The position numbers and the translations under genes were made by a program. A stretch of 64,000 nucleotides of DNA, from contig CM059432.1 in NCBI GenBank assembly GCA_030390025.1, positions 39,992,001 to 40,056,000 on the forward strand, in the 5' to 3' direction. The notes under the pieces are model-generated. The model saw nothing but the letters and a program-made list of their open reading frames with translations, did no database searches and was not told the DNA's origin. This document shows positions 24,590 through 36,690 of this stretch, one piece after another. The DNA comes from Squalus acanthias (taxonomy: Eukaryota). The number at the start of each line of letters is the position of its first letter. The first letter of the stretch is position 1.

Positions 24590-27364
24590 TGCCACTCTCT
24601 CTCTCTGCGTCTCTGTGTCCTCCGATTCAGCTGGCGCAGGACGACACCCCCAATCAGTGCAGCCCCCATAGTCTCTTAGCAAGCAAAGTTATGAAGGCCA
24701 AAAACCAAAGTACCAGCGAAGTTATGATCAGTAGCCAAAAGTACCTCACACAGCGTTGACTCAATGCAGAAGTCTCTCTTTCTCGCTCTCCGAATCTCTC
24801 TCTCTCTCTCAGAACGAGTGGTGCAAAAATGTCAACCACAGAGAAAGACAGGAAGAGGCCCCCTTTAAATAGCGCCCCCCCCAGCCCCACAGCGATTGAT
24901 AGCGTTCCAGTCTTCCGGTCGTTGGATGCGCCAGGCGGTAAGGATGGGGGCGCCACTCAATTTCTGCTCCGGGGTGCCACAAGGGCGTTGCACCCTCGTA
25001 TGACGTCAGAATCTGCGTGCGCAGGAGATCGCGGCGATTAAGTTTAGCGCCGCCGCAAAATGTCTAGTTAAGTTCGCGAGCGGCGCAAACTTCGGCGCGC
25101 CTGCGCGCTAGCTGCTTTGCGCCCCATTAGCGCCCTCTTAAGGCGCTAACGGGAGGCGCAACCAACTGAATTTTTAGCCCTTAGACTTGGGAGTACAGGG
25201 TGCAATTTTAAAATTTGCAGATGGCACAAAACTTGGCAGTATAGTGAACAGTGAGGAGGAGAGTGATAGACTTCAGGAAGACATAGACAGGCTGGTGAAA
25301 TGGGTGAACACCTGGCAGATGAAATTTAACTCAGTAAAGTGCAAAGTGATACATTTTGGTAGGAAGAACGAAGAAAGGCAATATTAACTAAATGGTACAA
25401 TCCTAAAGAGGGTGCATGAACAGAGAGACCTGGGGGTATATGTGCACAAATCATTGAAGGTGGCAGGGCAGGTTGAGAAAGCAGTTCACAAAGCATACGG
25501 GATACTGGGCTTCATAAATAGAGGTATAGAGTACAAAAGAAAGGAAGTTATGATGAACCTTTATAAAACACTGGTTCGGCCTCAACTGGAGTAGTGTCCA
25601 ATTCTGGGCACCGCACTTTAGGAAGGATGTGAAGGCCTTAGAGAGGGTGCAGAAAAGATTTACGAGAATGATTCCAGGGATGAGGGACTTCAGTTACGTG
25701 GATAGATTAGAGAAGCTGGGGTTGTGTACCTTAGAGCAGAGAAGGTTGAGAGGAGATTTGATAGAGGTATTCAAAATCATGAGGGGTCTAGACAGAATAG
25801 AGAGAAACTGTTCCCATTGGCGGAAGGGTCGAGAACCAGAGGACACAGATATTAGCAAAAGAACCAAAGGCGACATGAGGAAAAGTTTTTTTACACAGCA
25901 AGTGGTTAGGATCTGGAATGCACTGCCTGAAAGGGTGGTGGAGGCAGACTCAATCGTGGCTTTCAAAAGGGAACTGGATAAGTACCTGAAGGAAAAAAAA
26001 TTTAAGGGCTACAGGGAAAGGGCAGGGGAGTGGGACTAGCTGAAGTGCTCTTGCAGAGAGCCAGCACGGGCTCGAGGGGCTGAATGGCCTCCTTCTGTGC
26101 TGTAACCATTCTACGATACTTGCCCGAATGGGTAGGGTTAAAATCACCCCCAAAGAATGGCTATTTAGTTGAGGAACTGGAGGGAAACCAATGTCCATGG
26201 AACTGTACTCCAGAATAACTTATTGCTTCAGGAGAGGACAGGTACGAGAATAAGATAGAAAGAAAAAAAATGTCCACTATTCCTATCTCCACTTTGCCCT
26301 ATATTTGACCCTAGTGATTTCAATTCCCTTTCTGCACTATTTCTAGCAGAACCATTAATGCGTTCTCAAATTCCTGTCCATCCTATTTTAGCTTAGACAT
26401 TAACCTATTTATTTTAATCGGGATAATGTCTGTGTTAAAATAGTGCAGACAGAAATTTATGCAAATTCGTTAACAGATGCAGTAAAGATAGTCAGCAGTG
26501 AACAATCAAACTCAGCACATGGCAAGAAATCCCCAGTGTTGGAATTTGGTGCTCTCCTTGTTACATGTTATCACACTGTCTAGCACAAATTTTCCGCCAT
26601 GTTCTTCAATGGTTAAGCATTACTGGAAATTAAATCAGTTTGCTTACTTTCTTTTAAAGTGCTGTTATTAGTTTGGTTTTCAGAACATTATTTATGTTTT
26701 TGTTCATATTCATTTCCCTGTTAATTGTTTCCCATTAAATTAAATACTGAATCATATTTTTAATTAGACAGCAAACAAAGTGAAAACGGAGAAATTTTCA
26801 TTGCATGTAAAAAATACGAGAAATAAATTGGATTAGTCAATTATTTGAATGCAAGATTTTCCAATTTCCCATTTTAATTGGTGTCAGAAGGCTGCACTGA
26901 CACTGTGTTGAATCATAATTCTGCCTTTTAACTGTATCATACAGCTATCCCTTAGAGATACCACCTTGTTTGGTTAGACAGTAGTAATTATACCACACAC
27001 CAATATAAGAAAAGAAAATCCTTGTTCATTAAGTGAATCAAAGCTGCCTACAATTGCTACAATGCTTTCTATTATCACTGTGCATATGAAAACTTTTGCA
27101 GTGGCTAAAAATTAATCATGAAAGATGTGCTAAGAACTGAGCTATGATTGTCCTTTCAAATACAGTTCTCAAAGCCCACTAGAAACAATGAGATTTGCCA
27201 CAGCAGCCCTGAGCTAAAGAGGGGAAAAACCACTCAGGATCTACCGGGGGTAATTTTAACCCCCAAAAACAGTGGGTTAGGGTCAGGCAAGATGTTAAAA
27301 TATTAAAAATCTCAAACCTGACCCCCAACCCGCCTCCAACTCACCCACTTCCGGGTTTAACAGA

Positions 27365-27898
27365 GGGAACGGTAGCATAGTGGTTATGTTACTGGACTAG
27401 AAATTCAGAGACCTGGACTAATGATCTAGGGAAATAACAACAGAAAACGCTGGAAAGACTCAGCAGGCCAGGCAACATCCGTGGAGAGAGAAAGAGAGTT
27501 AACGTTTCAGGTCGAAACCCTTCGTCGGAATGACTAATGATCTAGGGATGTGAGTTCATATCCCACCACGGCAGCTGTGGAATTTAAATTTAGTTAATTA
27601 AATTAATTTTTTTTAAAAGCTAGTATCAGTAATGGTGACCATGAAACTACCAGATTGTTGTAAAAACCCTCTGGTTCACTAATGTCCTTTAGGGAAGGAA
27701 ATCTGCTGTCCTTACCCGGTCTGGCCTATTTGTGACTCCAGACCCACAGCAATGTGGTTGACTCTTAACTGCCCTCTGAAATGGCCTAGCAAGCCACTCA
27801 GTTGTCTCACCACTACTTTCCCAAGGGCAATTAGGGATGGGCAATAGATGCTGGCCTTGCCAGCGATGCCCACATCCCATGAACGAATAAATAAAAAA
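27365..27898 (+). mobile_element. tRNA-derived SINE carrying the family X LINE 3' tail
   Basis: GGTAGCATAGTGG A box, GAGTTCATATCCC B box; ends GGGCAATTAGGGATGGGCAATAGATGCTGGCC...CCCATGAACGAATAAA. Confidence 0.8.
27433..27531 (-). mobile_element. Short Penelope-like pseudo-LTR fragment with 17-bp TSD
   Basis: Reverse complement matches 12222-12320; flanked by GACTAATGATCTAGGGA at 27416-27432 and 27532-27548. Confidence 0.8.
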
Positions 27899-30160
27899 TG
27901 GGACAGGGGCAGGCAGCCAACCCGTTCCCAGGAGGCGGTTTGGCCATTTAAATATTATAATGAGGCTGGGTTAACCCTGGCTGGCCGGTTTTCCCAGGAC
28001 TCGGGAAACCCAGCAGCTCAAGGGAGGTGAGGACAGCTCACAATGAAGCTGTCGATATACCCTTCCAATACTGCATACTGCAGCATGGGGTGTGGCACAA
28101 GTAAGTGACATAAGTTCCAATCTGTCTAAAGTGTCATATGGGAAGGCAAGTGCGCTTACAGCACTATTGGTGAGCCAAGAGGAGCAGGAGTGCTACCGTC
28201 AGCTTCCCCCAAGCTTATCTGCTTCCCTGGGATTGGACACCCGCCCCCCCCCCCCCATTAGACCCCCCAATCCAAAGACCCCCCCCCCTCACCAATCGGG
28301 GATTGGACTCCGCCCACCCCCCGGGTCGGGATCAGACCATCCCCCCCCGATCAAACCCCACCAGGATCGGAGTCCCCCCCTACCCCGCCGTGGTTGGGGA
28401 TTGGAACCCCGCCCCCACTAACAGCAGCAGGCGTCTTATCTGCAGCTGCGGCCTGCTCCAGAGTGCTCCTCACCAATGTCCTCTCTAAGTTTGTTTGGGT
28501 GCGCAGCCTCTTTTACGGACTGCACGGCCCATTCAAATTTCCGAGCATGCGCAGATTTTTCATTTAAAAGCCATTGAGCGGCCTGCGTGGGTCCTTCAGA
28601 CGCAGCTTAACAGGAACATTGCTCCTCACCCGACTGGAAGCCAACCCTGTCAATCAGGCTGATTTCCGGGCGGGGATCCTGTTAAAAATAAGTCACACAC
28701 TGTGGAGCCAAAACTCCACAGCATGCAGGGAAGCCCGGCCTGGCCCAATCGAAACGCCGTCATACCGCATACCAACCCGCCTCCCCAACACCCCGTCAAT
28801 ATCGGGACCTGTGTTCCTGATTTGTTATCCATGAACTCCTGTTAGAAAGTGTGTGTGTCAGGTGACGACAGGATCAGGCCTCTTTTGGTTAAATAGTCTG
28901 ACAATGCTTACTGTCTGGGTTCACACCTAAAGAATGGGTACTTGAGTAGGGACTGGAACACTACACCAGCATAAGTCAGCAGCATCAGGAAAGGAGTGGC
29001 GAAAATTAGGAATCTAAATTTATTTTAGAAAGCAGTATCTTTATGGCACCACGGGTGGCTCAGCTGTACGGGGGGAGGAAGAAGAGTGGGAGGGCAATAG
29101 TGGTAGGGGATTCGATAGTTAGGGGAGCAGGCAGGCGTTTCTGCGGCCGCAGACGTGACTCCAGGATGGTATGTTGCCTCCCTGGTGTCAGGGTTAAGGA
29201 TGTAACTGAGCGGCTGCAGAACATTCTGAGGGGGGAGGGTGAACAGCCAGAGGTCATGGCCCATATTGGTACCAACAACATAGGTAGAAAGGGGAATGAG
29301 GTCCTGCAGGCAGATTTTAGGGAGCTAGGAAAGAGATTAAAAAGCAGGACCTCAAAGGTAGTAATCTCCGGATTACTCCCGGTGCCACACGCAAGTGAGT
29401 ATAGAAATAGGAGGATAGAGCAGATGAATGCGTGGCTGGAGAGATGGTGCAGGAGGGAGAGCTTCAGATTCCTGGGGCATTTGGGCTGGTTCTGGGGAGA
29501 TGGGACCTGCACAGGCCACACGGGTTGCACCTTAACAGGGCCAGAACCAATATCCTCGTGGGAAGGTTTGCTCGTGCTGTTAGGGAGGGTTTAATTTGGC
29601 AGGGGGATGGGCACCAGGATGTAACATTAGAAAGGGGAAATAAAGTGCTCAAAGGATTGGGAGAGGCAGAGAGCACTAAAGTAAGAAATGGTAAGGTAAT
29701 AGGTGGGGTCAAACTAAGAGAGAATACAGGATGGTCTAAGATGGGTTTACAGTGAATATATGTGAACGCACGAAGCATAGTAAACAAGGTAAGTGAGCTG
29801 CCGGCACAGATAGTCACATGGGAATATGATGTTGTGGCAATAACTGAGACCTGGCTCAAAAAAGGGCAGGATTGGGTATTAAATATTCCTGGTTATAAGG
29901 TGTTCAGGAAAGATAGAGAAGGAAAGATAGGAGGTGGGGTGGCAGTATTGGTTAAGGAAAATGTTACAGTGCTGGAGAGAGAACAGTGATCATAGTATCA
30001 TAAGGTTTAGATTAGCTATGGAAAAGGACAGGGAGCAATCTAGAGTAAAAATGTTTAACTGGGGGGAAGGCCAATTTCAGTGGGATGAGAACGAATCTGG
30101 CCTGGGTAAACTAGAATCAAAGATTGTCAGGCAAAACTGTAATGGAACAATAGGCTGCCT

Positions 30161-30198
30161 TCACCTGACGAAGGAGCAGTCGCTCCGAAAGCTTGTGA
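30161..30198 (+). ncRNA. Minimal hammerhead ribozyme motif (second Penelope-like family)
   Basis: TCAC-CTGACGA-A-GGAGC(AGTC)GCTCC-GAAA-GCTT-GTGA. Confidence 0.75.
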
Positions 30199-30216
30199 TT
30201 TCAAATAAAACTGTTG

Positions 30217-30989
30217 GGGGTAAAAATTGAGTCGCGCCCCATTTGGGGCGCTAACCTCGCCGGGGCGCGACTTTTAGCGCCCCGAAAAAATTAGCGGCCC
30301 CGCGCCGGAACTTCAGTGGTTGCGCCCCAAGAGGGAAGCGGGGCGCAACTGGAAGCACCCCGCATCCCTCTTGGGGCGCTGCGAGTGAATATCCTGGCGC
30401 TACGTGCCGCAGCGCCACGCGCTGCGGCACGTCGCGCCGCGGTATTGCAGGCCTTCCTCCCCTTCTTAAAGGGGAGGGGCCTTGCGCAGCGCGAACCCGG
30501 GCCCAGCTGGGCTCCCAGGGATCGGGAGTGCCGGCAAAAGAGCCCGGCACTCAAGAGAAGTGCCGGGCTCTTGGAGCGCAGCCGGCACTTCACGGTGGGG
30601 GGGCTTCACGGGGGCCGGGGACAGCAACGGGGGCAGGTGCTGGCAGGCGGCCAGCAACAAAAATGGCCGCCTGCCACCTCCCCTTTAAATATCGCCGCCC
30701 CGGCCGCACGTACGCCCCCCTGAACCCGTCGGACATAGCGTCTGGCGGTAAATCAGGGGGCGCGACTGAAGATCACGGCCGGGGCGCGAGCGGGGCGCTG
30801 CGCACGGCGATGACGTCATCGCCGGCGGCGCAGCGCCACAGGGCGCTACCGGCTGCCGCCGCCGCTAACCTCCCACTAAATTTTTCGGGAGGCGTGGGCG
30901 GCGCTGCGCCCGGGCGTTAGCTGCTTTACGCCCCATTAGCGCCCATTTAAGGCGCTAACGGGAGGCGCAAGCAGCTGAATTTTTCCCCC
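30217..30989. mobile_element. Harbinger-derived MITE (773 bp, very GC/CpG-rich)
   Basis: TIRs GGGGTAAAAATTGAG / CTGAATTTTTCCCCC; TTG duplicated at 30214-30216 and 30990-30992; subterminal motifs shared with element A. Confidence 0.9.
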
Positions 30990-32134
30990 TTGGACTATAA
31001 CCTGGTGTTGTGCGACTTCTCGCCTTTAAAGAAGAAATAGTTCAGGTACAGTTGAGGTACATTCCCACTAGGGGGAAAGGCAGGGCAACTAAAGTCAGGG
31101 CTCCCTGGATGATGAAACAGATAGAGAGAATATGATGCAGAAAAAGAGTGCGTATGACAGATTTCAGGTTGCAAATACATCTGAGAATCAGGCTATATAT
31201 AGAAAGGTCAGAGGAGAAGTGAAAAAGAAAATAAGAGGGGCAAAGAGAGGGTATGAGAATAGAATGGCAGCCAACATAAAAGGTAATCCAAAAGTCTTCT
31301 ATAGGCATATAAATAGTAAAAGGGTACTAAGAGGAGGGGTGGGGCCAATTAGGGACCAAAAAGGAGACCTATGCATGGAGGCAGAGGGTATGACTGAGGT
31401 ACTAAATGAGTACTTTGCATCTGTCTTCACCAAGGAAGAGGATGCTGCCCTAGACATAGTGAAGGAGGAGGTAGTGGAGACACTTGATAGGATAAAAATT
31501 GATAAAGAAGAGGTATTAGAAAGGCTGGCTGTACTTAAAGTAGATAAATCACCAGAAGCGGATGGGATGCATCCTAGGATGCTGAGGGAGTTGAGGGCGG
31601 AAATCACGGACGTACTGGCCATAATATTCCAAACCTCCATAGATACGGGGGTGATGCCAGAGGACTGGAGAATTGCAAATGTTACACCATTGTTCAAAAA
31701 AGGGTGTAAAGATAAGCCCAGCAACTACAGGCCAATCAGTTTAACCTCGGTAGTGGGGAAGCTTTTAGAAACAGTAGTCAGGGACAAAATTAACAGTCAC
31801 TTGGATAGGTGTGGATTAATTAAGGAAAGCCAGTACAGATTTATTAAAGGCACATCATGTTTAACCAACTTGATTGAGTTTTTTGATGAGGTAACAGAGA
31901 GGGTTGATGAGGGCAATGCGGTTGATGTAGTGTACATGGATTTCCAAAAGGCGTTCGACAAAGTGCCACATAATAGGCTTGCCAGCAAAGTTGAAGCCCT
32001 TGGAATAAAAGGGACAGTGGTAGCATGGATAGGAAATTGGCTAAGTGACAGGAAAAGAGAGTAGTGGAGAAGGGTTGTTTTTCGGACTGGAGGAAGGTGT
32101 ACAGTGGTGTTCCCCAGGGGTCGGTTCTAGGACC

Positions 32135-32754
32135 TTCTTGGGCAGTCCCTCGGAACCGAGGATGACTTGCTTCCACATTAAAAATGAGTTCTCGGGTGAC
32201 TGATGAGTCCAATGCGGGACCTACAGTCTCTGTCACAGGTGGGGCAGATGGTGGTTGAATGGGTGGGTGGGTGGGGTGCTTGGGTTGATGTGTGCTCCTT
32301 GCGCTGGGCTTCTGCTTGCTCCTGGCGAAGAGACTTGAGGTGTTCGGCGCCTTCCCGGATGCTTCTCCTCCACTTTGTGCGGTCTTGGGTCAGGGATTCC
32401 CAGGTGTCAGTGGGGATGTTGCACTTTTTCAAGGAGGCTTTGAGGGTGTCCTTGGAGCATTTCCTCTGCCCACCTGGGGCTCTCTTGCCGTGGCGGAGCT
32501 CCGAGTAGAGCGCTTATTTTGGGAGTCTCGTATCGGGCATGCGGACGATGTGGCCTGTCCATCGGAGCTGATCGAGCGTGGTCAAAGCTTCGATGCTGGG
32601 GATGTTGGCCTGAGCGAGAACACTGACGTTGGTGCGCCTATCTAGCTAATGGATTTGCAGGATCTTGCAGAGGCAGCGTTGGTGGTACCTCTCCAGTGCT
32701 TTGAGGTGCCTGCTGTACATGGTCCATGTCTCTGAGGCATACAGCAGGGCCTCT
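32135..32754 (-). mobile_element. RTE-clade LINE 3' fragment
   Basis: C-terminal CPTCDRDCRSRIGLISH zinc finger; same family as 50830-51450; GACC flanking duplication. Confidence 0.9.
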
Positions 32755-33072
32755 GACCACTGCTTTTCTTGATATATATTAATGACTTGGATGTGGGTGT
32801 ACAGGGCACAATTTCAAAATCTTCAGATGACACAAAACTTGGAAGTATAGTGAATAGTGAGGAGGAGATAGACTTCAGGAAGACATAGATAGGCTGGTGA
32901 AATGGGCAGACACATGGCAGATGAAATTTAACGCAGAAAAGTGTGAAGTGATACATTTTGGTAAAAAGAATGGGGAGAGGACATATAAACTAAATGGTAC
33001 AATCCTAAAGGGGGTGCACGAACAGAGAGACCTGGGGGTATGTGTGCATAATTCGTTGAAGGTGGCAGGGCA

Positions 33073-35178
33073 TAAGAACATAAGAAATAAGAGCAGGAGT
33101 AGGCCAATTGGCCCCTCGAGCCTGCTCCGCCATTCAATAAGATCATGGCTGATCTGATCCTAACCGCCAATCTACTATCACAGAACCATCTCCTGAACCT
33201 AACAGAATTGGACACACGAAATAGGAGCAGGATCAGGCTACACGGCCCCTGGGCCCGCTGCGCTACCCACAGGGCCATGACCGATCCGAACCTAGACTCA
33301 TGTCCAAATTCCTGCCCGCTCCCCGTAACCCTTAATTCCCTTTACTTCTAGGAAACTGTCTATTTCTGTTTTAAATTTATGTAATGATGTAGCTTCTACA
33401 GCTTTTTGGGGCAGCATATTCCATGGACCTACCACCCTCTGAGTGAAGTAGTTCCTTCTCATCTCAGTTTTGAAAGAGCAGCCCCTTATTCTAAGACTAT
33501 GCCCCCTAGTTCTAGTTTCACCCATCATCGGGAACATCCTCCCCGCATCCACCCGATCCAACCCCTTCACAATCTTATATGTTTCAATAAGATCGCCTCT
33601 CATTCTTCTGAACTCCAATGAGTAGAGTCCCAATCTACCCAACCTTTCCTCATATGTCCATCCCCTCATCCCCGGGATTAACCGAGTGAACCTTCTTTGT
33701 ACTGACTCGAGAGCAAGTATGTCTTTTCTTAAGTATGGACACCAAAACTGTATGCAGTATTCCAGGTGCGGTCTCACCAATACCTTGTACAACTGAAGCA
33801 ATACCTCCCTATTTTTATATTCTATCCCCCTAGCAATGAAAGCCAACATTCCATTGGCCTTCTTAATCACTTGCTGCACCTGCATACTAACCTTTTGAGT
33901 TTTGTGCACCAGGACCCCCAGATCCCTTTGTACTTCAGTACTTTGCAGTTTCTTGCCATTAAGATAATAACTTGCTCTACTATTTTTCCTGCCAAAGTGC
34001 ATAACCTCACACTTTCCAGTATTGTATTCCATCTGCCAAATCTCTGCCCACTTACTTAGCCTGTCTATGTCCCCTTGCAGATTTTTTATGTCCTCCTCAC
34101 TCACTACTTTCACTCCCATCTTAGTATCATCTGCAAACTTTGATATGTTACACTCGGTCCCCTCCTCCAAATCATTAATATAGATTGTAAAGAGTTGGGG
34201 ACCCAGCACTGACCCCTGCGGAACACCATTAGTTACTGATTGCCAGTCTGAGAATGAACCATTTATCCCAACTCTCTGCCTTCTGTTAGATAGCCAATCC
34301 TCTATCCATGCCAGAATATTACCCCTAATCCCGTGATTTTTTATCTTAAGCAATAATCTTTTGTGTGGCACCTTGTCAAATGCCTTTTGGAAGTCTAAAT
34401 ACATCACATCCACTGGTTCCCCTTTATCCACCTTGTATGTTACTTCCGCAAAGAACTCCAGCAAATTTGTCAAACGTGACTTCCCCTTCATAAAACCATG
34501 CTGACTTTGTCCTATTAAATTATGATTATCCAAATGTCCCGTTACTGTCTCCTTAATAATGGACTCCAAAATGTTACCTACCACAGATGTTAGGCTAACC
34601 GGTCTATAGTTTCCAGCCTTCTGTCTACTGCCCTTTTTAAATAAGGGTGTTACATTAGCAGTTTTCCAGTCTGCCAGGATCTTTGCTGAGTCCAGGGAGT
34701 TTTGGAAAATTATTACCCATGCATCCACAATCTCTACCGCCACTTCCCTCAAGACCCTAGGGTGTAAGCCATCAGGTCCAGGTGATTTATCCGCCTTGAG
34801 TCCCATTATTTTACCGAGTACCACTTCCTTAGTGATTTTGATCGTGTTTAGCTCCTCCCCCCCTATAGCCCCCTGTTTGTCCAGTGTTGGGATATTCTTA
34901 GTGTCCTCTACTGTAAAGACTGATACAAAATATTCATTCAGTGTATTTGCCATTTCCATATTTCCCACCATTAATTTCCCGGTCTCATCCTCTAAGGGAC
35001 CAACATTTACTTTAGCCACCCTTTTTCTTTTTATATTACTATAAAAACTCTTACTATCTGTTTTTATATTTTTTGCGAATTTACTTTCATAATCTATCTT
35101 CCCTTTCTTAATCAATCTTTTTGTTATTTTTTGCTGTCTTTTAAAGTTTTCCCAATCCTCTCTCCTCCCACTAGATTT
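33073..35178 (-). mobile_element. Young 5'-truncated CR1 with uninterrupted RT ORF (33298-35115, 605 aa)
   Basis: Complete RT motifs without stops; (TTCTTATG)n tail; GGCA repeated at both junctions. Confidence 0.95.
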
Positions 35179-35476
35179 GGCAGGTTGAGAATGCAGTTAA
35201 AAAGGCTTACGGGATTCTGGGTTTCATAAATAGAGGTATAGAGCAGCGGTTCCCAACCTTTTCCTTTATGCGGACCACTACATCGTCATCAACAGCTTTT
35301 ACGGACCACAACGTAAGCAAGCCGTTTAAAACATTTTCTGAATAATGTCACAACTTACCTCTGGCACTATTATGACCCTTCTCTTCACTTGCCATGTTCA
35401 ATGTGAACTTGTTCTTCGCCATTCTGTTGCAGTTTTTACATTCTTGTCTTGCTTTATGGTTTTGACGAAAGGTCTT

Positions 35477-35509
35477 CTGACGAAAGGTCTTCGACCTGAA
35501 ACGTTAACT
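35477..35509 (+). ncRNA. Hammerhead-like motif in a Penelope-like pseudo-LTR fragment
   Basis: CTGACGA-AAGGTC(TTC)GACCT-GAAA-CGTT-AACT; stem I disturbed by a 15-nt tandem duplication. Confidence 0.6.
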
Positions 35510-36617
35510 CTGTTTCTCTCTCCACGGATGCTGCCTGGCCTGCTGAGTTTTTCTAGTGTTTTCTGCTGTTATTTCTTATGGTTTTGAAGCCGCCTGAATT
35601 CTGTGCCATTTACCGTCATGGCCTTAAATCCCTTTTTCTCTTCTGGATGAATTGTTTGTTAGTTCCATTGAACCAGGCTGGACTGTAATGACGCTCAGTT
35701 CCTTTGCTTTGCATGGGTACACGTTGATCCATTGCATTCAGAATCACCTCCTTGAAGGAACTCCATAGAACAACTACAGCAACAACCTCCACATCTAGTT
35801 TAAACACTCACCACATTCTATCTGTCCTGCCTGCCAACACCTCAAACTATTTTGTTTCGGTGGAACCCATCAGGTCTCTATAAGCTCCCTCTATTCCGAA
35901 AGCTGTAGCAATGTTTCATGAAAGGAACCCCTGTTTCACTACAGCAAAGGCTCAGCGACGCTTGGACTGTCTAATTCCCCTCTGTCTCTCTTGACTAACA
36001 CATGACATGGGTAGTATTTCAGAACGTGCTAAAATTGACACAGTATTGGGGACTCACGGACAATCCTGGAGGGGTGTGTAAAGCATGTTTTGAAATTAGC
36101 TGGAGAGAAATGTGAGGTGACGGGTCTCGAGGGGCAGACTGAGGAGAGGGTCTGTACATTGATTGAGGACATGTCAAAAAGAGCCAGAAGAATTTGGGAT
36201 TCAGAAACACAAACCTCTCCGAAGGGTTACTTCCTCCCCGCCTGTTCCGAATTTTTGCCAGACACTTTTCAGGTGTAACATGAATGGTGCGGGGGCGGGG
36301 GGGGGGGAGTGGGGGCGGTGGTATTTGTGTCGTCACAGTCAATCCTCTGCCCGAACCAAACTCCCCCAGTCACAGGATTAGAATGGCGGAGGCCGGCAGA
36401 TTCCCCTTCACTGTTGGTGCAATCATTCTTTTCACAATTAAGTGCTCTATTTCTGTTACTTTCGATTTACATACTCGGTTTTTATCGAACAGTGATTATT
36501 TTATATCGGAATAATGTTTAAGGGATGTGGTGTTTTCATTGTCTGTACAATAACTCTGTGACCCAGTGTGAGAAGTAAAACACAAACCGCCCAGCGTGGG
36601 GCTCGAACAATCCGGAC

Positions 36618-36690
36618 AGCTGTTATCACAGTTGTTTAGAGCGTGGTGCTAATATCACTAAGGGCACGGGTTTAATCCCTGTACGGGTCA
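36618..36690 (+). pseudogene. tRNA-Ile(AAT) pseudogene
   Basis: CAGTTGTTTAGAGCGTGGTGCTAATA...GGGTTTAATCCCTGTACGGGTCA resembles vertebrate tRNA-Ile-AAT with many mismatches; preceded by a tRNA-Lys 3' fragment at 36588-36608 (-). Confidence 0.8.

Larger units (their letters stand above)
21047..25180. mobile_element. Full-length PIF/Harbinger transposon A (4134 bp)
   Basis: Imperfect TIRs GGGGGAAAAGTTCAG / CTGAATTTTTAGCCC; TTA TSD at 21044-21046 and 25181-25183; two convergent genes. Confidence 0.95.
20153..26119 (+). mobile_element. CR1 LINE ORF2 and 3' end, split by a Harbinger insertion (20153-21046 and 25181-26119)
   Basis: RT ORF 20340-21011 resumes with KFADGTKLG after 25187; junction restores GACTTAGACTTGG. 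Confidence 0.93.

Noticed and set aside
23504..24682. Domesticated host HARBI1 gene
   Set aside because: Flanked by TIRs and a TSD, inserted in a CR1, paired with a Myb gene and multicopy: a transposon
30217..30989. CpG-island promoter and overlapping Ala/Gly/Arg-rich ORFs
   Set aside because: Bounded by Harbinger TIRs and TSD; ORFs reflect GC richness. The same applies to 3697-4433
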